A stretch of DNA of 62,846 nucleotides, counting the filler, from Chiloscyllium plagiosum (lineage: Eukaryota), in assembly GCF_004010195.1 (NCBI RefSeq). It is 4 parts of one record of this genome, joined end to end, with 100 filler letters (N's around TTAATTAATTAA, not from the genome) between each part and the next. Parts side by side here need not be neighbours in the genome. Positions count along the whole stretch, not along the records: positions 33,654 to 50,990 come from NC_057712.1; 3 more parts are not named here. The stretch is one strand, 5' to 3'. The notes below the pieces were generated by a model, which saw nothing but the letters and a program-made list of their open reading frames with translations, was not told the origin of the DNA and did no database searches. The stretch's first letter is position 1. Each line of letters opens with the position of its first letter. Positions 37,174-50,649 of this stretch are shown here, piece by piece. The position numbers and the translations under genes were made by a program.

Positions 37174-39733
37174 TGTAACAGCTGCTCCTTTTTTGAGGTA
37201 CTTTAGGTGTTGGAGGTGATTTCCTCGAATTCCAGGAGCAGCAATTATTGTTTCATATGCTGATGTATTGTTTTGAAACTTTGGAAAAAAACAACAGCAG
37301 TTTTAAAAGGGAGAAGGACAGACAAAGAAAGCACATGGTGAAGTCATTGCAGAAGAGAGAGAGAGAGAGAGAGAGAACCTGCATAGTTACTGCCTTTGCT
37401 GTTTGAATTCATGTATCGCTAGACATCGGAGTGCATTTGGGAAAATTAACAAACAGTGAAATTCACAACTGATCTTGGAGGAACTGTTGGGCAAAGTTCA
37501 CAGCACAGAATCAGATAAGTAATCGTTGTTTTAAGTGTGTCCTACAGAGAATCTGCAGTAGTGAGTAGAGTGGGTTCTTTCTTGATTATATGTTTTTTAG
37601 AGATATGTCTCTTGATTAAACTTAAAATATAAGCCATAACTATTAATTTAATCTGGGGCAGTGTTTGTAGAGGAATAATACGGTGTTATTTTCTGTGTCT
37701 GTAGATTGAGAAGGAGCAAAATGGCCTTTAACAGAATGATATGTACTTCTTGTCAGATGTGGGAATTTAGGGAGAGTTTAAGGGTTACTGCAGATTATAT
37801 CTGCCATAAATGCTGTTGGCATAAATGTTGTGAATCTTATCAGATCGAATGGATCGGTTGGAGACAGTTAGAAGCAATTAGGAATTTGCAACAGCAACAG
37901 TATGTGATGGATGGCAGTGATAGGAAGGAGGGAATGTTTCAGATATAGCCACACAGATGGGTTAACTCCAGGAAAGGTAAAAGAAGGAGGCAGCTAGTGA
38001 AGGAGTCTTTTGTGGATATATCCATTTCAAACAAGTATGCTGTTTTGGAAAATGTAGAGGGTGATGGATTCTCAGAAATGAGATAACAAGAATCCAGAGA
38101 AAGTATATTCCTGTCAGGGTGAAAGGAAAGGCTGGTAGTATAGGGAATGCTGGGTGACTCAAGAAATTGAGAGTTTGGTTAAGAAAAAGAAGGAAGCATA
38201 TGTAAGGTATCGACAGGATAGATCGAGTGAATCCTTAGAAGAGTATAAAGGAAGTAGAAGTATACTTAAGAGGGAGATCAGGAGGGCAAAAAGGGGACAT
38301 GAGATAGCTTTGGCAAATAGAATTAAGGAGAATCCAAAGGGTTTTTACAAATACATTAAAAACAAAAGGATAACTAAGGAGAGAACAGGGCCCCTCAAAG
38401 ATCAGCAAGGCGGCCTTTGTGTGGAGCCGCAGAAAATAGGGGAGATACTAAATGAGTATTTTGCATCAGTATTTACTGTGGAAAAGGATATGGAAGATAT
38501 AGACCGTAGGGAAATAGATGGTGACATCTTGCAAAATGTCCATATTACAGAGGAGGAAGTGCTGGATGTCTTGAAATGGGTAAAGGTGGATACATCCCCA
38601 GGACCTGGTCAGGTGCACCCTAGAGTTCTGTGAGAAGTTAGAGACGTGATTGCTGGGCCTCTTACTGAGATATTTGTATCATCGATAGTCACAGGTGAGG
38701 TGCCAGAAGACTGGAAGTTGGCTAACATGATGCCTCTGTTCAAGAAGGGTGGTAAGGACAAGCTAGAGAAGTATAGACCAGTGAGCCTGACCTCGGTGGT
38801 GAGCAAGTTGTTGGAGGGAATCCTGAGGGACAGGATGTACATGTATTTGGAAAGGCAAGGGCTGATTAGGGATAGTCAGAACTCGCTCAAAGGTAGAAGA
38901 CAGAGGATGGCAGTGGAGGGTTGTTTTTCAGATTGGAGGCCTGTGACCAGTGGAGTGCCACAAGGATCGGTGCTGGGTCCTCTACTTTTTGTCATTTACA
39001 TAAATGATTTGGATGTGAGCATAAGAGGTACAGTTAGTAAGTTTGCAGATGACACCAAAATTNNNNNNNNNNNNNNNNNNNNNNNNNNNNNNNNNNNNNN
39101 NNNNNNNNNNNNNNNNNNNNNNNNNNNNNNNNNNNNNNNNNNNNNNNNNNNNNNNNNNNNNNNNNNNNNNNNNNNNNNNNNNNNNNNNNNNNNNNNNNNN
39201 NNNNNNNNNNNNNNNNNNNNNNNNNNNNNNNNNNNNNNNNNNNNNNNNNNNNNNNNNNNNNNNNNNNNNNNNNNNNNNNNNNNNNNNNNNNACAGGGAGA
39301 GGCTGAACAGGCTGGGGCTGTTTTCCCTGGAGCGTCAGAGGCTGAGGGGTGACCTTATAGAGGTTTACAAAATTATGAGGGGCATGGATAGGGTAAATAG
39401 GCAAAGTCTTTCCCTGGGGTCAGGGAGTCCAGAACTAGAGAGCATAGGTTTAGGGTGAGATATAAAAATATATAAAAGAGACGTTCGGAGCAACCTTTTC
39501 ACACAGAGGGTGGTATGGGTATGAAATGAGCTGCCAGAGGAAGTGGTGGAGGCTGGTACAATTGCAACATTTAAGAGGCATTTGGATGGGTAAATGAATA
39601 GGAAAGGTTTGGAGGGATATGGGCTGGGTCCTGGCAGGTGGGACTAGATTGGGTTGGGATATCTGGTCGGCATGGACAGGTTGAACTGAAGTGTCTGTTT
39701 CTATGTGTACATCTCTATGACTCTCTGACTCTA
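37174..39733 (+). mobile_element. Younger CR1 with ORF1 zinc-finger start and internally deleted ORF2
   Basis: MAFNRMICTSCQMWE...YICHKC at 37720; ORFs 38154-39458 with [20 protein letters not shown] and KFADDTK; (CTATGACT)-like tail; (GA)n 37353-37375; N gap 39063-39291. Confidence 0.92.
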
Positions 39734-39769
39734 AAGTTGTCATGATCATTTAGAATGGTGGAGCAGGCT

Positions 39770-40820
39770 TATTTTTATTCACTCCCTTGACCTGGGCATT
39801 GCTGGGTGGACAACCATTTAAGGCCCATCCCTAATTGCCCTTAAGAAGATCGTGAGCTTTCTTCTTGAACTGCTACTATGCATGTGCTGTAGGTAGACAC
39901 AGTGCCACTTGAGAGGGAGTCCCAGGAATTTGACGCAGCAAATTGAGGGAACAGTCACATATCTCCAAGTCAGGACAGTGAGTGACTTGGTGGGGATCTT
40001 GCAGATGGAATTAGTCCCATGTATTTGCTGTCCTTGGAAATGGTCATTGGATTGGAAGCTGCTGTCTAAGGGAGTCTTGGTGAATTTCTGCAGTGCATCT
40101 TGTAGATAGTTCACTGCTGCTATTCAAGGGATCTGGGCATTTTTGGCTACATCAGCATTGAATGACCTTCTCTTGTTGCCCTTGAGAAGGCAGTGGTGAG
40201 TTACCCTCCTGAACCATAGCAATCCATTTAATAAACTTACAAACTTTGGAGGACAGAGTTTCAGGATTTAGGCCAATTATTTTTTTGACCTAATGTTTTT
40301 GAGTTCCACATTCCTATTCACCCTCTCTGCCACTAAAGGAAGGAAGGAATGGCAATATGTTTTCAAGTCAGGACAGTGGGTGTCGCTTTGAGGGAACTTG
40401 CAAGGTGCTTATTAGGCATGTGATATAATACTCCCCACTTACCTGGATCGGCGCAGCCCGAACAACACTCAAAAACTTAACACTATCCAGGACAAAGCAC
40501 TATCTGCAAGATGCAATGGAGAAATTCACCACAGCTTCTCAGCCAGCACTTTTAAAATGTACAACCATTACCATATGGAAGGAAAAAGGGCAGCAAATAC
40601 TTGGGTACACCACCACCTGAAAATTCCCGTCCAAAACATACACCACCCTGACTTGTATAATTGGTGCTTCACTGTCACAGGATCAGAATCTTGAAAATTC
40701 ATAAAAGCACAAGAATTTTTATCACAAGGACTGCATTATTTCAAGGTAGCACTGTACTACTTTCTCCAGTATAATTAGGGCGTGGGAACTGAATGCTGGC
40801 CCACACCCCAAGAACTAATA
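39770..40820. mobile_element. Cluster of second-family LINE 3' ends (two minus, one plus)
   Basis: Minus 39770-40130 and 40130-40410; plus 40420-40820 (EYSPLTW..AAxTTLKxLxTIQDKA-like). Confidence 0.65.
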
Positions 40821-41098
40821 AAAGGATACTACTTTATACCACCTTGTCAGCTCACTGCCTCCCTCTGCTGTGCTTGTGTGGGCCACATTAGGTGATGCTT
40901 GACACAGTTGGCCAACGCGGTAAAAATTATCATTTTATAGATGGAAGGGTGCATTAAGCTAACCTTAATGTATACTCACAGAAAATAGCACTAATGAATA
41001 TACAGAGAAGAAAAGACAGTCAGAGCAATGATGAACATGAAAGGCAAAACATATTATAAGCGAATAAATGAGTTGAAAGCAATAAAAGATGCACTTAC

Positions 41099-41298
41099 TT
41101 TTCCAGTTTTCTTCAAACCCTCTGGACTCAAGTGATAAGGCAAATGTGAGACAGCCAAACGAGGTGATGGCAGTGTCAGAAAGCACATCGTTGGTACCTC
41201 AACCCAAGGAACACGTTCTACAGGTAGTTTGTTTTGAACAGCGGCTAGGTCGCCATTGGAAAAAATCAAAGTCAAAATTTGTTGCATCCACACAGTTC
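41099..41298 (-). CDS. Internal coding exon of a cytosolic sulfotransferase (amine sulfotransferase SULT3-like or SULT2-like)
   Basis: Acceptor ctatcacacaccag|, donor AAA|gtaagt, 200 nt, open. Translates (G)TVWMQQILTLIFSNGDLAAVQNKLPVERVPWVEVPTMCFLTLPSPRLAVSHLPYHLSPEGLKKTGK: end of the PSB loop (KSG-TxW), RxPWxE, PSPRL and catalytic His in SHLP. A single ~200-nt exon over this span is the SULT2/3-type layout (SULT1 genes split it). Confidence 0.9.
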
Positions 41299-42410
41299 CT
41301 GGTGTGTGATAGAATTATGAAAAGTTTGTGATTAAATTGTTGCAGGACAAATCCAACTCCTAGAATTATAACCTTTACATGAAAGTTTCAATTGCCAAAT
41401 CATTTTGATTTGAGCCCTCCAAGTTTTCAGATGTCACCTCAAACATCTCCGAAACGAATTTCTAAATAAAACGGACTTCATTTCCCTCAAATTCTCCAGA
41501 GAGAAAGACTTCCATGCAGCTTTCAAATTTTGATCTCGATAGTCTAACTCCACTGACCAATGCACAATGTTGTTACATTGCAACCATTCAAAGCAAGTTC
41601 AGTTAATTTTCCAAAGTTAACCCTATCCCTCTTTGATCACTTCTCTTAATGTCATACCCAAGATGTTTTTTATTTTTTCTGTCAGTTTTTGCTTTTATGA
41701 TTGAAATCTTAATAACTTTGTCCTATCCTAATTTCTCTTATTTCTACGTTTTATAGAATACTTATTTTTTCTTTTTATACACCTGACCATTTTGCATTCC
41801 AAATTGCTGTTCTGCTTTTATTCCAATCATTTTTCATTGCTTTGTTCACCTTTTCTTTGTTGCTCTCTGGTGTGTGTTTTTGGTTTCAATTCCCCACCAT
41901 CACCACCTGCCCTCCTATTCATTATTTATTTATTATCAGGCTTTTTTTAAAAATGAGGTAAAAAGGATGTTTATTTGAGCGAGTTGAAGAGGAATGAGGG
42001 CAAGAGGGTCAAAATCTTCCATTATTATTATTCCATGGTCCTTTTCTATACTTGGAGGGTTGGGGAAAAAGTTTTAAAACTTAGTCCAATGTAAGTGAGG
42101 CTCAGGCTGTGTGGCCTTCCTGTTCACAGGGCCCAGTGATAAAGTCAGCAGTGGATGAGACCCAGACCAAATGCACAGCCTATCAGTTTTGCCTATGCAG
42201 GCTGGTGTACAGAACAAGGATCCCTGCTTAACAAGCCTTCCAAGGCCAAAGAGTACACAGACTTCCACAGAGTTAGTCCCTAAAGTTGCCACCATTTTGA
42301 CTCTCTTTGCAGAAAGCCTAAAATGCCTGCTCTCTAGTTTGGCCCTAGTCAGATCCCTAGAAACCTTTAATGAAGCCAACACCGCAACCCTGTGTGAAAG
42401 TGGAGGGTTG

Positions 42411-42588
42411 AAAAATGTGGTGCTGGAAAAACACAGCAGGCCAGGCAGCATCCGAGGAGCAGGAGAATCGACGTTTCGGTCATAAGCCCTTCTTCTCATG
42501 CTCCTCGGATGCTGCCTGGTCTGCTGTGTTTTTCCAGCACCACATTTTTCAACCCTGGTCTCCAGCATCTGCAGTCCTCACTTCCTCC
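42411..42588. mobile_element. Fold-back Penelope-like insertion (family A)
   Basis: 16-bp TSD tgaaagtggagggttg (42395-42410) / tgaaaatggagggttg (42589-42604). Confidence 0.85.
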
Positions 42589-42767
42589 TGAAAATGGAGG
42601 GTTGTTGACTTCTGACTGGCAGTTCCGAGGGCAGACTTCAGCTCCAGACAGATGAGCTAGGAAAGTAGCTCAGCCAGTGCTCCTCTTCCTGTTTCCTCAT
42701 GAGCAAATGGTCTCCTTATTTAAGGAAGGATGTCATGGCAGTGGAGGCAGTTAAACAGGTGGTTTAT

Positions 42768-43115
42768 CATTGAATCCCTACAGTGTGTAAGCAGGTCCTT
42801 TGGCCCAACAAGTCCACACTGACTCTCCAAAGAGTAACCCACCCAGACCCAATCCCCAACCTTATTATCCTACATTTACCCTGACTAATGCGCCTAACCT
42901 AAACATCCCTGAACGCTATGGGCAATTTAGCATGGCCAATTCACCTAACCTGCACACCTTTGGATTGTGGAAGGAAACTGGGGCACCTGGAGGAAACCCA
43001 TACAGACACGGGGAAAGTATGCAAACTCCACACAGACAGTCGCCAGAGGCTGGAATTGAACCCAGGTCCCTGGTGCTGTGAGGCAGCAGTGCTCGCCACT
43101 GAGTCACTGTGCTCC
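42768..43115 (-). mobile_element. Full-length V-SINE (HE1-like)
   Basis: tRNA head, V-domain and LINE-derived tail (gggcc...ctg...cacactgtagggattc). Confidence 0.9.
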
Positions 43116-43117
43116 CA

Positions 43118-43735
43118 AAAGTGAGGACTGCAGATGCTGGAGATCAAAGTTGAGACAGTGTGGTGCTGGAAAAGCACAGCAAGTCAGGCAGCATTGGAGA
43201 AGTAGGAGAATTGATGTTTCGGACAAAAGCTCTTCATCAGGAAGGGCTTATGCCTAAAACGTTGATTTCCCTGCTCCTCGGATGATCCTGACCTGCTGTG
43301 CTTTTCCAGCATTACACTTTTGATTATTGTGTAAGATTGTCTGGTGGAGTCAATACCTACGTAAGTGAAGATTTCAGTAGCTTTAGCACACAACATTGAT
43401 GAAGGCTGTGACATGTTAAAAAGATCTATATGTGCCTTCTTCACGAGAGACAGCTTAAGAAATCTCCACATCTTCAGGTAGAAAAAAAAATAGTAGAGTT
43501 GGAGCCTGGTCTTATTAGACAGGGAGAACTTTGGTGTCGCCAGATTCCCAAATCTCACCTAATAGCAAATCCAAAGTTTGGGCAATCCCTGGTTTGACTG
43601 ATGCCTGAGTGAGTGACTAAAACCTGGTGCAGGCTAGGTGCAGAGAACTAGTCTAGATTAGAATGTGCTGGAAAAGTACACAGGTCAGGCAGCATCCAAG
43701 GAGCAGGAAAATCAACATTTCGGGCAAAAGCTCTT
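43118..43735. mobile_element. Two family-A Penelope-like fragments (43118-43325, 43650-43735)
   Basis: gaggactgcagatgctggagatc...gctggaaaagcacagc and inverted arm. Confidence 0.8.
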
Positions 43736-43899
43736 ACTTGCTCCCACAGAGAATTGTAGCCAACATAGAAGCATAATGTTCTGCAGTGAGGGTAACATCT
43801 CTTCATTCTTGTCAAGGTAAGCAGTGCAAATGAGTTCACCTCTTAGCAAGAAGTTAATATAGGCCAAAAGACTTATAAATAGTCAATATGATGAATGTT

Positions 43900-45140
43900 T
43901 TAAAGTTAATAAGAAACTCCCAAGTAGAGTCAACATGGCTTCATAAAGGGGAAATCACCTGACAAATGTATTAGAATTATCTTGGGGAGGTAACAGGCAA
44001 GATATGTAAAGGAAACCAGTAAATGAACTTTAAAAAAAAGTGTTCAATAATGTACTGAAAATAAGGATACTTAAAATTAGAGCCCATGTGTTTGTGGATA
44101 GGAGGATTGGCTAACAAAAAGAAGACAAAGTTGGGATAAATGAGGCATTTTCACATCAGCAATCTGTAGATAGTGTTAGGTTGTTGGGGTCACAATTATT
44201 TACAACATTCAATAAATAACTTAGATGAGAGAAAGAATGTAATCAAGTTTGTGGATGACAAAAATTGATGGGATCGCAAGTGCTGAGGGTGAGACAGAGA
44301 GAGAGAAGGATACAGACAGGTCGAGAGAGTATGGGGACATATTTGACAGATGGAATACATTGTGGAAAAATGTGGGGTTTTGCACTTTGACAGAAAGAAT
44401 AGAAGAACTTAATATTACTTAAAGGGAGAAGTTCTGCAGAAAGCTGAAGGAAAAAGAAATTTTGTTGCGCAGGCAGCGTCCTCATGCATGAGACCACAAA
44501 AAACTAGCATACAAGTTCAGAAAGCAATAGAGAAGACAAATCAAATGTTGACCTTTATTTCAGAGGAAATGAAGAATAAAAATAGGAAATTCTTTCCAAA
44601 ACAAAACAAGACACTAATTAGTCCACACTTAGATTACTGGAACAGTTTAGGGAAATACTGAAGGCAGTCCAGAAAAGATTCATTCAGTCGAGCTGGAGTA
44701 CGTATGGTTTGTCTTGAAGAGAGATTGAATGGGTAAGCTTGTACTCAGAGTTTGGAAAAATGAGAGGTGACCTTATTGAAACATACAAGATTCTTAGGGG
44801 ACTTGATAGGATGGATACTGAGAAGTTGCTTTCTCTTGTGGGAGTCTAGGATCACAGAGCTTAATCTCAGAAAAATGGGTTGCCTATTAGGACAGAAATG
44901 AAGGGATTTTTTTCCCTCTTCATGATGAATCCATGGAATTCTTTACTGCAGAGGGGTGCAGAGAGTGAGCCATTAAATATATTCAAGCTGAGACAGATAG
45001 ATTTATAAACAGTACTAGAATTGTGGGGCAATAAGCAGGAAAGTAGAGTTCAGTGTTATTAGGTCAACCATGATCTCATTGAACAGAAAAGCAAATCGAT
45101 GAGTCAAATGGCCTACTTCTGCTCCTAAGGCAGATGGTCT
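43900..45140 (+). mobile_element. Old CR1 RT to 3'UTR
   Basis: QHGFIKGKS, KFVDDK, MRGDLIETYKILRGLDR. Confidence 0.85.
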
Positions 45141-46109
45141 TATGATATAGATCCTCATGAATGTCGTTAGACAACATTCGGAAATCAGCCAAGTATACAA
45201 AATGAATGGACACTTGTTACCTGAAAACCCTAATGCAGGCATGTAATCTGTCATATTGAAGCAAATGAAATTGATGCTCTAACTATGGACTTGCAGGGCA
45301 AAAACTCACAATCTGTTCTTGCCCAGATTCAATGAGTTCACCTTTTTATGAACATATTATGAGTAGATTATTTAGTCCTTCTTTCAATAAGATCATGGCT
45401 GAGCAGTAACTACTTGGAGAAAACACGTCATTTTTTCTTTGCATCCACAAAGAGGATTATTCTTAGCTGTATTCTTACAGGCTAATGAGGAAAAGGCAAA
45501 GTTAGGGTCAAGTGTCAGAGCATAGAATACACTTGAACACTTGTGATTGAAATGAATTCGCCGCCTCAAATCTTCCCTACAAGACCAATTGCTTCAACAT
45601 CTTGGAAAATTTCTGCTGTTACTCCACTGTAGAAGAATAACGAGAGGTTAGCATCAGCATGTCTGGACCATATAACTCACCAATTTCTTTGAGTCAGAAT
45701 GTTTGGATACTGTCACTAGATAGTGTTCACCTTTATGTTGGCATCAATGTGGAAGGTTAAAACAGAGCTTCAATGTAACCACAAAATAGATGTGTACAAT
45801 AACAATAGGGAACAGCTGTGCCCTCTATCTCCCTCAGGTGGCTGGAGGCATAATGTAATGGAGTCTGGGCCCTGGATAATTTACATTTCTTTTCTCCACA
45901 ATCTGTAGGTCTGCATTGTATCCCTACTTATTCAAGTGATCTTAATTTTATGTTAATCAACACTGGATTCAATTTTTACTTTGTCATTAACTTTTTATTT
46001 GATTCCATTATTTGTCCAGTTTTTAAAGTTATATAACTAATAGTTGCTAGACTATAACCTAATTATAACGTAAAAGGAAATGTTCAGTAGCCAGTGCAGC
46101 TCCTCTGCA

Positions 46110-46400
46110 TCCATGGTAGCATAGTAGTAATGACACTGGACCAGTTATGCAAGTGGCCATGACTGATGTACCAGTAAGAGGTTCTGTAGCTCAGAGTGTA
46201 AATAAAAAAGGAATTTAAAGCTCATCTTGCAGTAATGGCGACCATGAAATAAATTGTCATAAAAACCCATGTGGTTAACTTATGTTCTTTAAGGTAGGGA
46301 TCCAGCTGGTCTGGCCTTCATGTGGTTCATTCTGAAGCCGCACAGTGGAATGAACAACAATATTGTCAGAAGTGCTGACATCTCAAGGCCAATCTTGCTC
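46110..46400 (+). mobile_element. Decayed tRNA-derived SINE (third type)
   Basis: tggtagcatagtagtaatgacactgga head; gaccatgaaa...aaaaacccat...ggtctggcct body. Confidence 0.45.
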
Positions 46401-49104
46401 CTCACTACCAGCTACCAAGTTTAATTTAGATGACATGAATAAGTTTAGTTTATTTTTAGTAGTTGTTCTGCTATTAACAGTCACTTTATACTTCTGATTT
46501 AATATCGACTTCACTCCTTACCTTGCTTTGACTTTTACTTTCACCTCCCATTTCTTTTAGCTTCTAACATTTGGGTCTGAGGTTTGTGGCACCTGATAGT
46601 GGGCCAGAAATACTCCCCGTGAGTCATTTGGCAGACCCTGGGCCATATTTAATGTCTACTTAGTTGTGCAAAATACCCAATCAGATGCATAAATAAAATC
46701 AATTGATCTCTATTCTCCATTTTACCTCAATGCCATTGAAGGAAAACATGCTCATTTCCTTGTCCTCCCTTTCCTTGCCCATCGCTAAGAGGATCAGGAA
46801 AGCTCCAATCTTTCATATTCATCAGATCTTCCACCTAGTTCATTAGAAGGGCCTCATTTATCCCTTTCACGAGGACACAGGTGTCCAACTCCAAACAGGT
46901 AGAGTTGGTCTATGGCTCTATTTCCTCCTGTGCCAGTCTTTCTGCAAGTATCCCATGAAGTAGTAATCATTTTCACACCAGTCTTTCAGCAAGGCATTCA
47001 CATTCCTGATCAATTTGGATTGTAACTACAAAATAAACTTCTGATATGTCCTTCTGCCAGGATCTTCTTTTTCTTCCTAGTCAATCATCTTGACAGATTA
47101 CAACTGCATCTTCCCTTGCCTTTCATGTTTCTCATATTCATAATAGGAAGGAGGTACACCCCTGAATTTAAATTATGACAAGAGAATATTCTTGCTTAAT
47201 CATTAAATCCCTATAGCTACAACTTTAATTAGCCCTTAATCCCTCCACATCCTGCTTATGCCCCAAGGGCTAACTTCAACCCCATATAGTTGGGATTCTA
47301 CCTATAAAGCTAGAAACATTCGAGGAATAGGGAATGCAAGTACATTGTTGCTGCTGGAATGTATAATATTTATTGGATACTTCATCTTTCTTTGGTTCCT
47401 TTTACTCTGATGAGTAACTGCCACACTTGCTCCTTGCCTTTGCTTCTCACATACGATCATATTTCAATTCATTTTCTCCAGGGTAACTCCCCTTCCATTT
47501 TGCCAATGAGTGTCATTAACTCACACTCTAGCAGAGGCTGCAACAGACATTTACTGCTTCAGGATTTCATGCCTGCAGTTCTGCTGATAAAGTTTACCTA
47601 TTAAAGCATTAACAAATTCACTGCGATTTCATGTTGTGGTTGAATTTTTTTGCTTCTGTACATACATGTAAAGTAAAAATGTATAATTTGGATTTTATCA
47701 AGATATTAAGAAACTAAAAATAGTACAGATAAAAATAAAGACAGATTGCTATGATGCTACTTTTGGGTAGCAAGAGTGCACATATACAGTCAGATTCACA
47801 ATGTAAAACCTGAAGCAACAAAAAGCAATAGAGCCAGTTTCCAAGATGGCTCTCAACAAAGTGTGATCCAGCCAGAGAGTCGGCTCAAGAAGCAGAGCTT
47901 GCCCTTGCCCTTGCTGATGGCATTTTCCCTGGCCACCACTCTGTCACTGCTCCCCCGGACACTCCAGCTACAATGCAGCACTACTTCCTAAAAGGAAGGT
48001 GACATGCTCAATATCCAGAATTGCTGTAGCTCCTCATTCCTGAAGGGCTTATGCCCAAAACATCGATTCTCCTGCTCCTTGGATGCTGCCTGACCTGCTG
48101 TGTTTTCCCAGCAACACATTTTTCAAGTATATATGGATAACCATTTCACAAAATGCAAACGTGACCTGATATTTGATTAGAAATCGATTCATGCAGACTA
48201 TTCAAAAGAAATAAAGTCTTGTTACAAATATCAAAAATAACCCACAACCTGCTCAAAGCTCAATATGCTAAAGTTTCCATTATGCTGGCATAGCTGTATC
48301 AGGTTTCTATTTCAGAAAAATTCTATGCATTTACCCGATGTTATTCGCTTTATAGAAAGTCTCTTAAAACCTTTAAAACAAGCTGATATCTCTGCTCACT
48401 TCCTACTGGGCTTGGCTTCTTCAGCTCATGTATTCAATAGCTTGTAGGATGCCTTCCCTTTACTACCTCTCCAGCATAGATTCAGACTTGACGATAGGTG
48501 ACATTCCAGTTTCAACAAGATACCTGTCTCACATTTTGTCTGTCCATGGGAGAGACAGTGTAGGGTCATCAGAAGACATGTGTTAATAATGTGCCTTAAC
48601 ATTAGGAAGCATAGAACAGAGGTGTGTAAGTTTTTGACAATTGTAGCCATTTAAATAGTCTTCAACACATTGGTTTCAATAGGAACCCAAATCTGTTAGG
48701 TAACCTAACAGAAAACAACAAAACACATTAACCTCTACATCTTTCAGCTTGGGGCTTCCACCATGCAACTCGATACTTTGTCAGCTTCAATTGCTTATAC
48801 TCAGAGTCAAACACCACTTCTGCTGGTAAAGAAGTCTTTGAGATGGTTTCTGTCTTAATCAATCCACTCTGGATGTCTCTCTGGGTCATAAAACTCAAGT
48901 CAGTAAAATTGGTCAAATGCCTCGAAGGGTCTTGCTTTTCATTTTGCTGAAATCACAATTTCTTGGAAATGCTGGTTTTAAAATCATGTAAAAAAAACAT
49001 GCAACGGAGTTCTCATTAAAATCTTCATAGAATTGAAATCTAAACTATAATCTGCCCTATACTTTAGAATCAGAGCTCTCAAACATATTACTGAAGAAGC
49101 CTTC

Positions 49105-50320
49105 ACAACACCTGACAAAATCTGGTTGCTGATGATCCTTTTCCTTTTACAAACCCACCGATTCCCACAGCTACCTGGATTACATCTCCTCCCACCCTAC
49201 CTCCTGGAAAAATGCCATCCCATATTCTCAATTCCTCTGCTTCTGCCATATCTGCTCCCAGGAGAACCAGTTCCACCACAGAACATACCAGATGGCCTCC
49301 TTCTTTAAAGACTAATTTCTCCTTCCACATGGTTGAAGATGCCCTCCAACGCATTTCATCCACATCCTATACCTCCACCCTCAGACCCCACCCCTCCAAC
49401 CGCAACAAGGACAGAACCCCGGTCCTCACCTTCCACACCAGCTTCTGCATAAACCGCTGACATTTTCACCACCTGGGATATATTTCCCTCCCCACCCCAA
49501 TCTGCTTTCTGCAAAGACCACTCCCTCTGACTACCTGGTCAGGACCACGCCCTCCCCAACATACCCTCCCCTCCTGGCACCTTCCACTGCCACTGCAGGA
49601 ATTGCAAATCCTGGGCCCACACCTGCCCCTCACCTCCATCCAAGGTCCAAAGGAGCCTTCCACATCCATCAAAGTTTCACCTGCACTTCCACAAGTGTCA
49701 TTTATTGCATCCATTGCTCCCAATGAGGTCTCCTTTACACAGGGAGACTGACATCTTCTTGTGGAGCGCTTCAGGGAACATCTCCAGGACATCTGCACCA
49801 ATAAACCCCACCACACCGTGGCCGAACATTTCAACTCCCCCTCCCTGTCTGCTGAGGACATGCAGGTCCTGGGCCTCCTCCACTGCCACTCCCTCACCAC
49901 CCAATGCCTAGAGGAAGAACGCCTCATCTTTTGCCTAGAGACCCTTCAACCCCATGGCATCAATGTTGACTTCACCAGTTTCCTCATTCCCCCTTCCCCC
50001 ACCTTACCCCAGTTGCAACCTTCCAGCTCAGCATTTCCTCATGACCTGTCCTGTCAATCTTCCTTCCCACCTATCCACTCCACCCTCCCCTCAGACTTAT
50101 TACCACAGCTCCATCCACCTATTACACAACTACCTTCTCCCTAGCCCCACCCCCCCACTCCCATTTATCTCTCCACCCCTGAGGCTTCCAGCCTCATTCC
50201 TAATGAAGGGCTTCTGCTGGAAGTGTTCATTTTCCTGCTCCTCGGATGCTGCCTGATCTGCTGTGCTTTTCCAGCACCACTAATCTTTGATCTCCAGCAT
50301 CTGCAGTCCTCACTTTTGCC
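49105..50320 (+). mobile_element. Penelope-like element 3' part with GIY-YIG endonuclease remnant
   Basis: Frameshifted YKPTDSHSYLDYIS, VIYCIHC..GLLY.GET, ERFREHLQDI...VAEHFNSPS...LEEERLIFCL..LQPHGINVDF, then family-A terminus. Confidence 0.9.
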
Positions 50321-50448
50321 TAAGATATGGTTGCGGTCAGAGCTCCAACCTCCTGGTTTCCAACCCTATCCCATGATAGTTCTGTTTCATAGACTAGACA
50401 AACAGTCTTAAATTCAATGACAGTCCCCATATCTTTCTTGTGACAAGA

Positions 50449-50640
50449 GGGTGTCACGGTGGTTGTGGTTAGCACTGCTGCCTCACAATGCCAGGGACCC
50501 AGGTTAGATTCCAGCCTTGGGCAACTTTCTCCCCATGCCCACGTGGGTTTCCTCCAGATGTTCCGGTTTCCTCCCACAGTCCAAAGATGTGCAGGCCAGG
50601 TGAATTGGCCATTCTAAATTGCCCATAGTGTTAGGTGTAT
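50449..50640 (+). mobile_element. V-SINE 5' part truncated by CR1 insertion
   Basis: gtggttagcactgctgcctcac...ggtttcctcccacagtccaaagatgtgcagg. Confidence 0.85.
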
Positions 50641-50649
50641 CAGAAGGAA

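Noticed and set aside
41480..41545. Minus-strand FESCMEVFLSGEF resembling a SULT motif
   Set aside because: Wrong order relative to the real exon, no RNPKD, and bounded by a stop.
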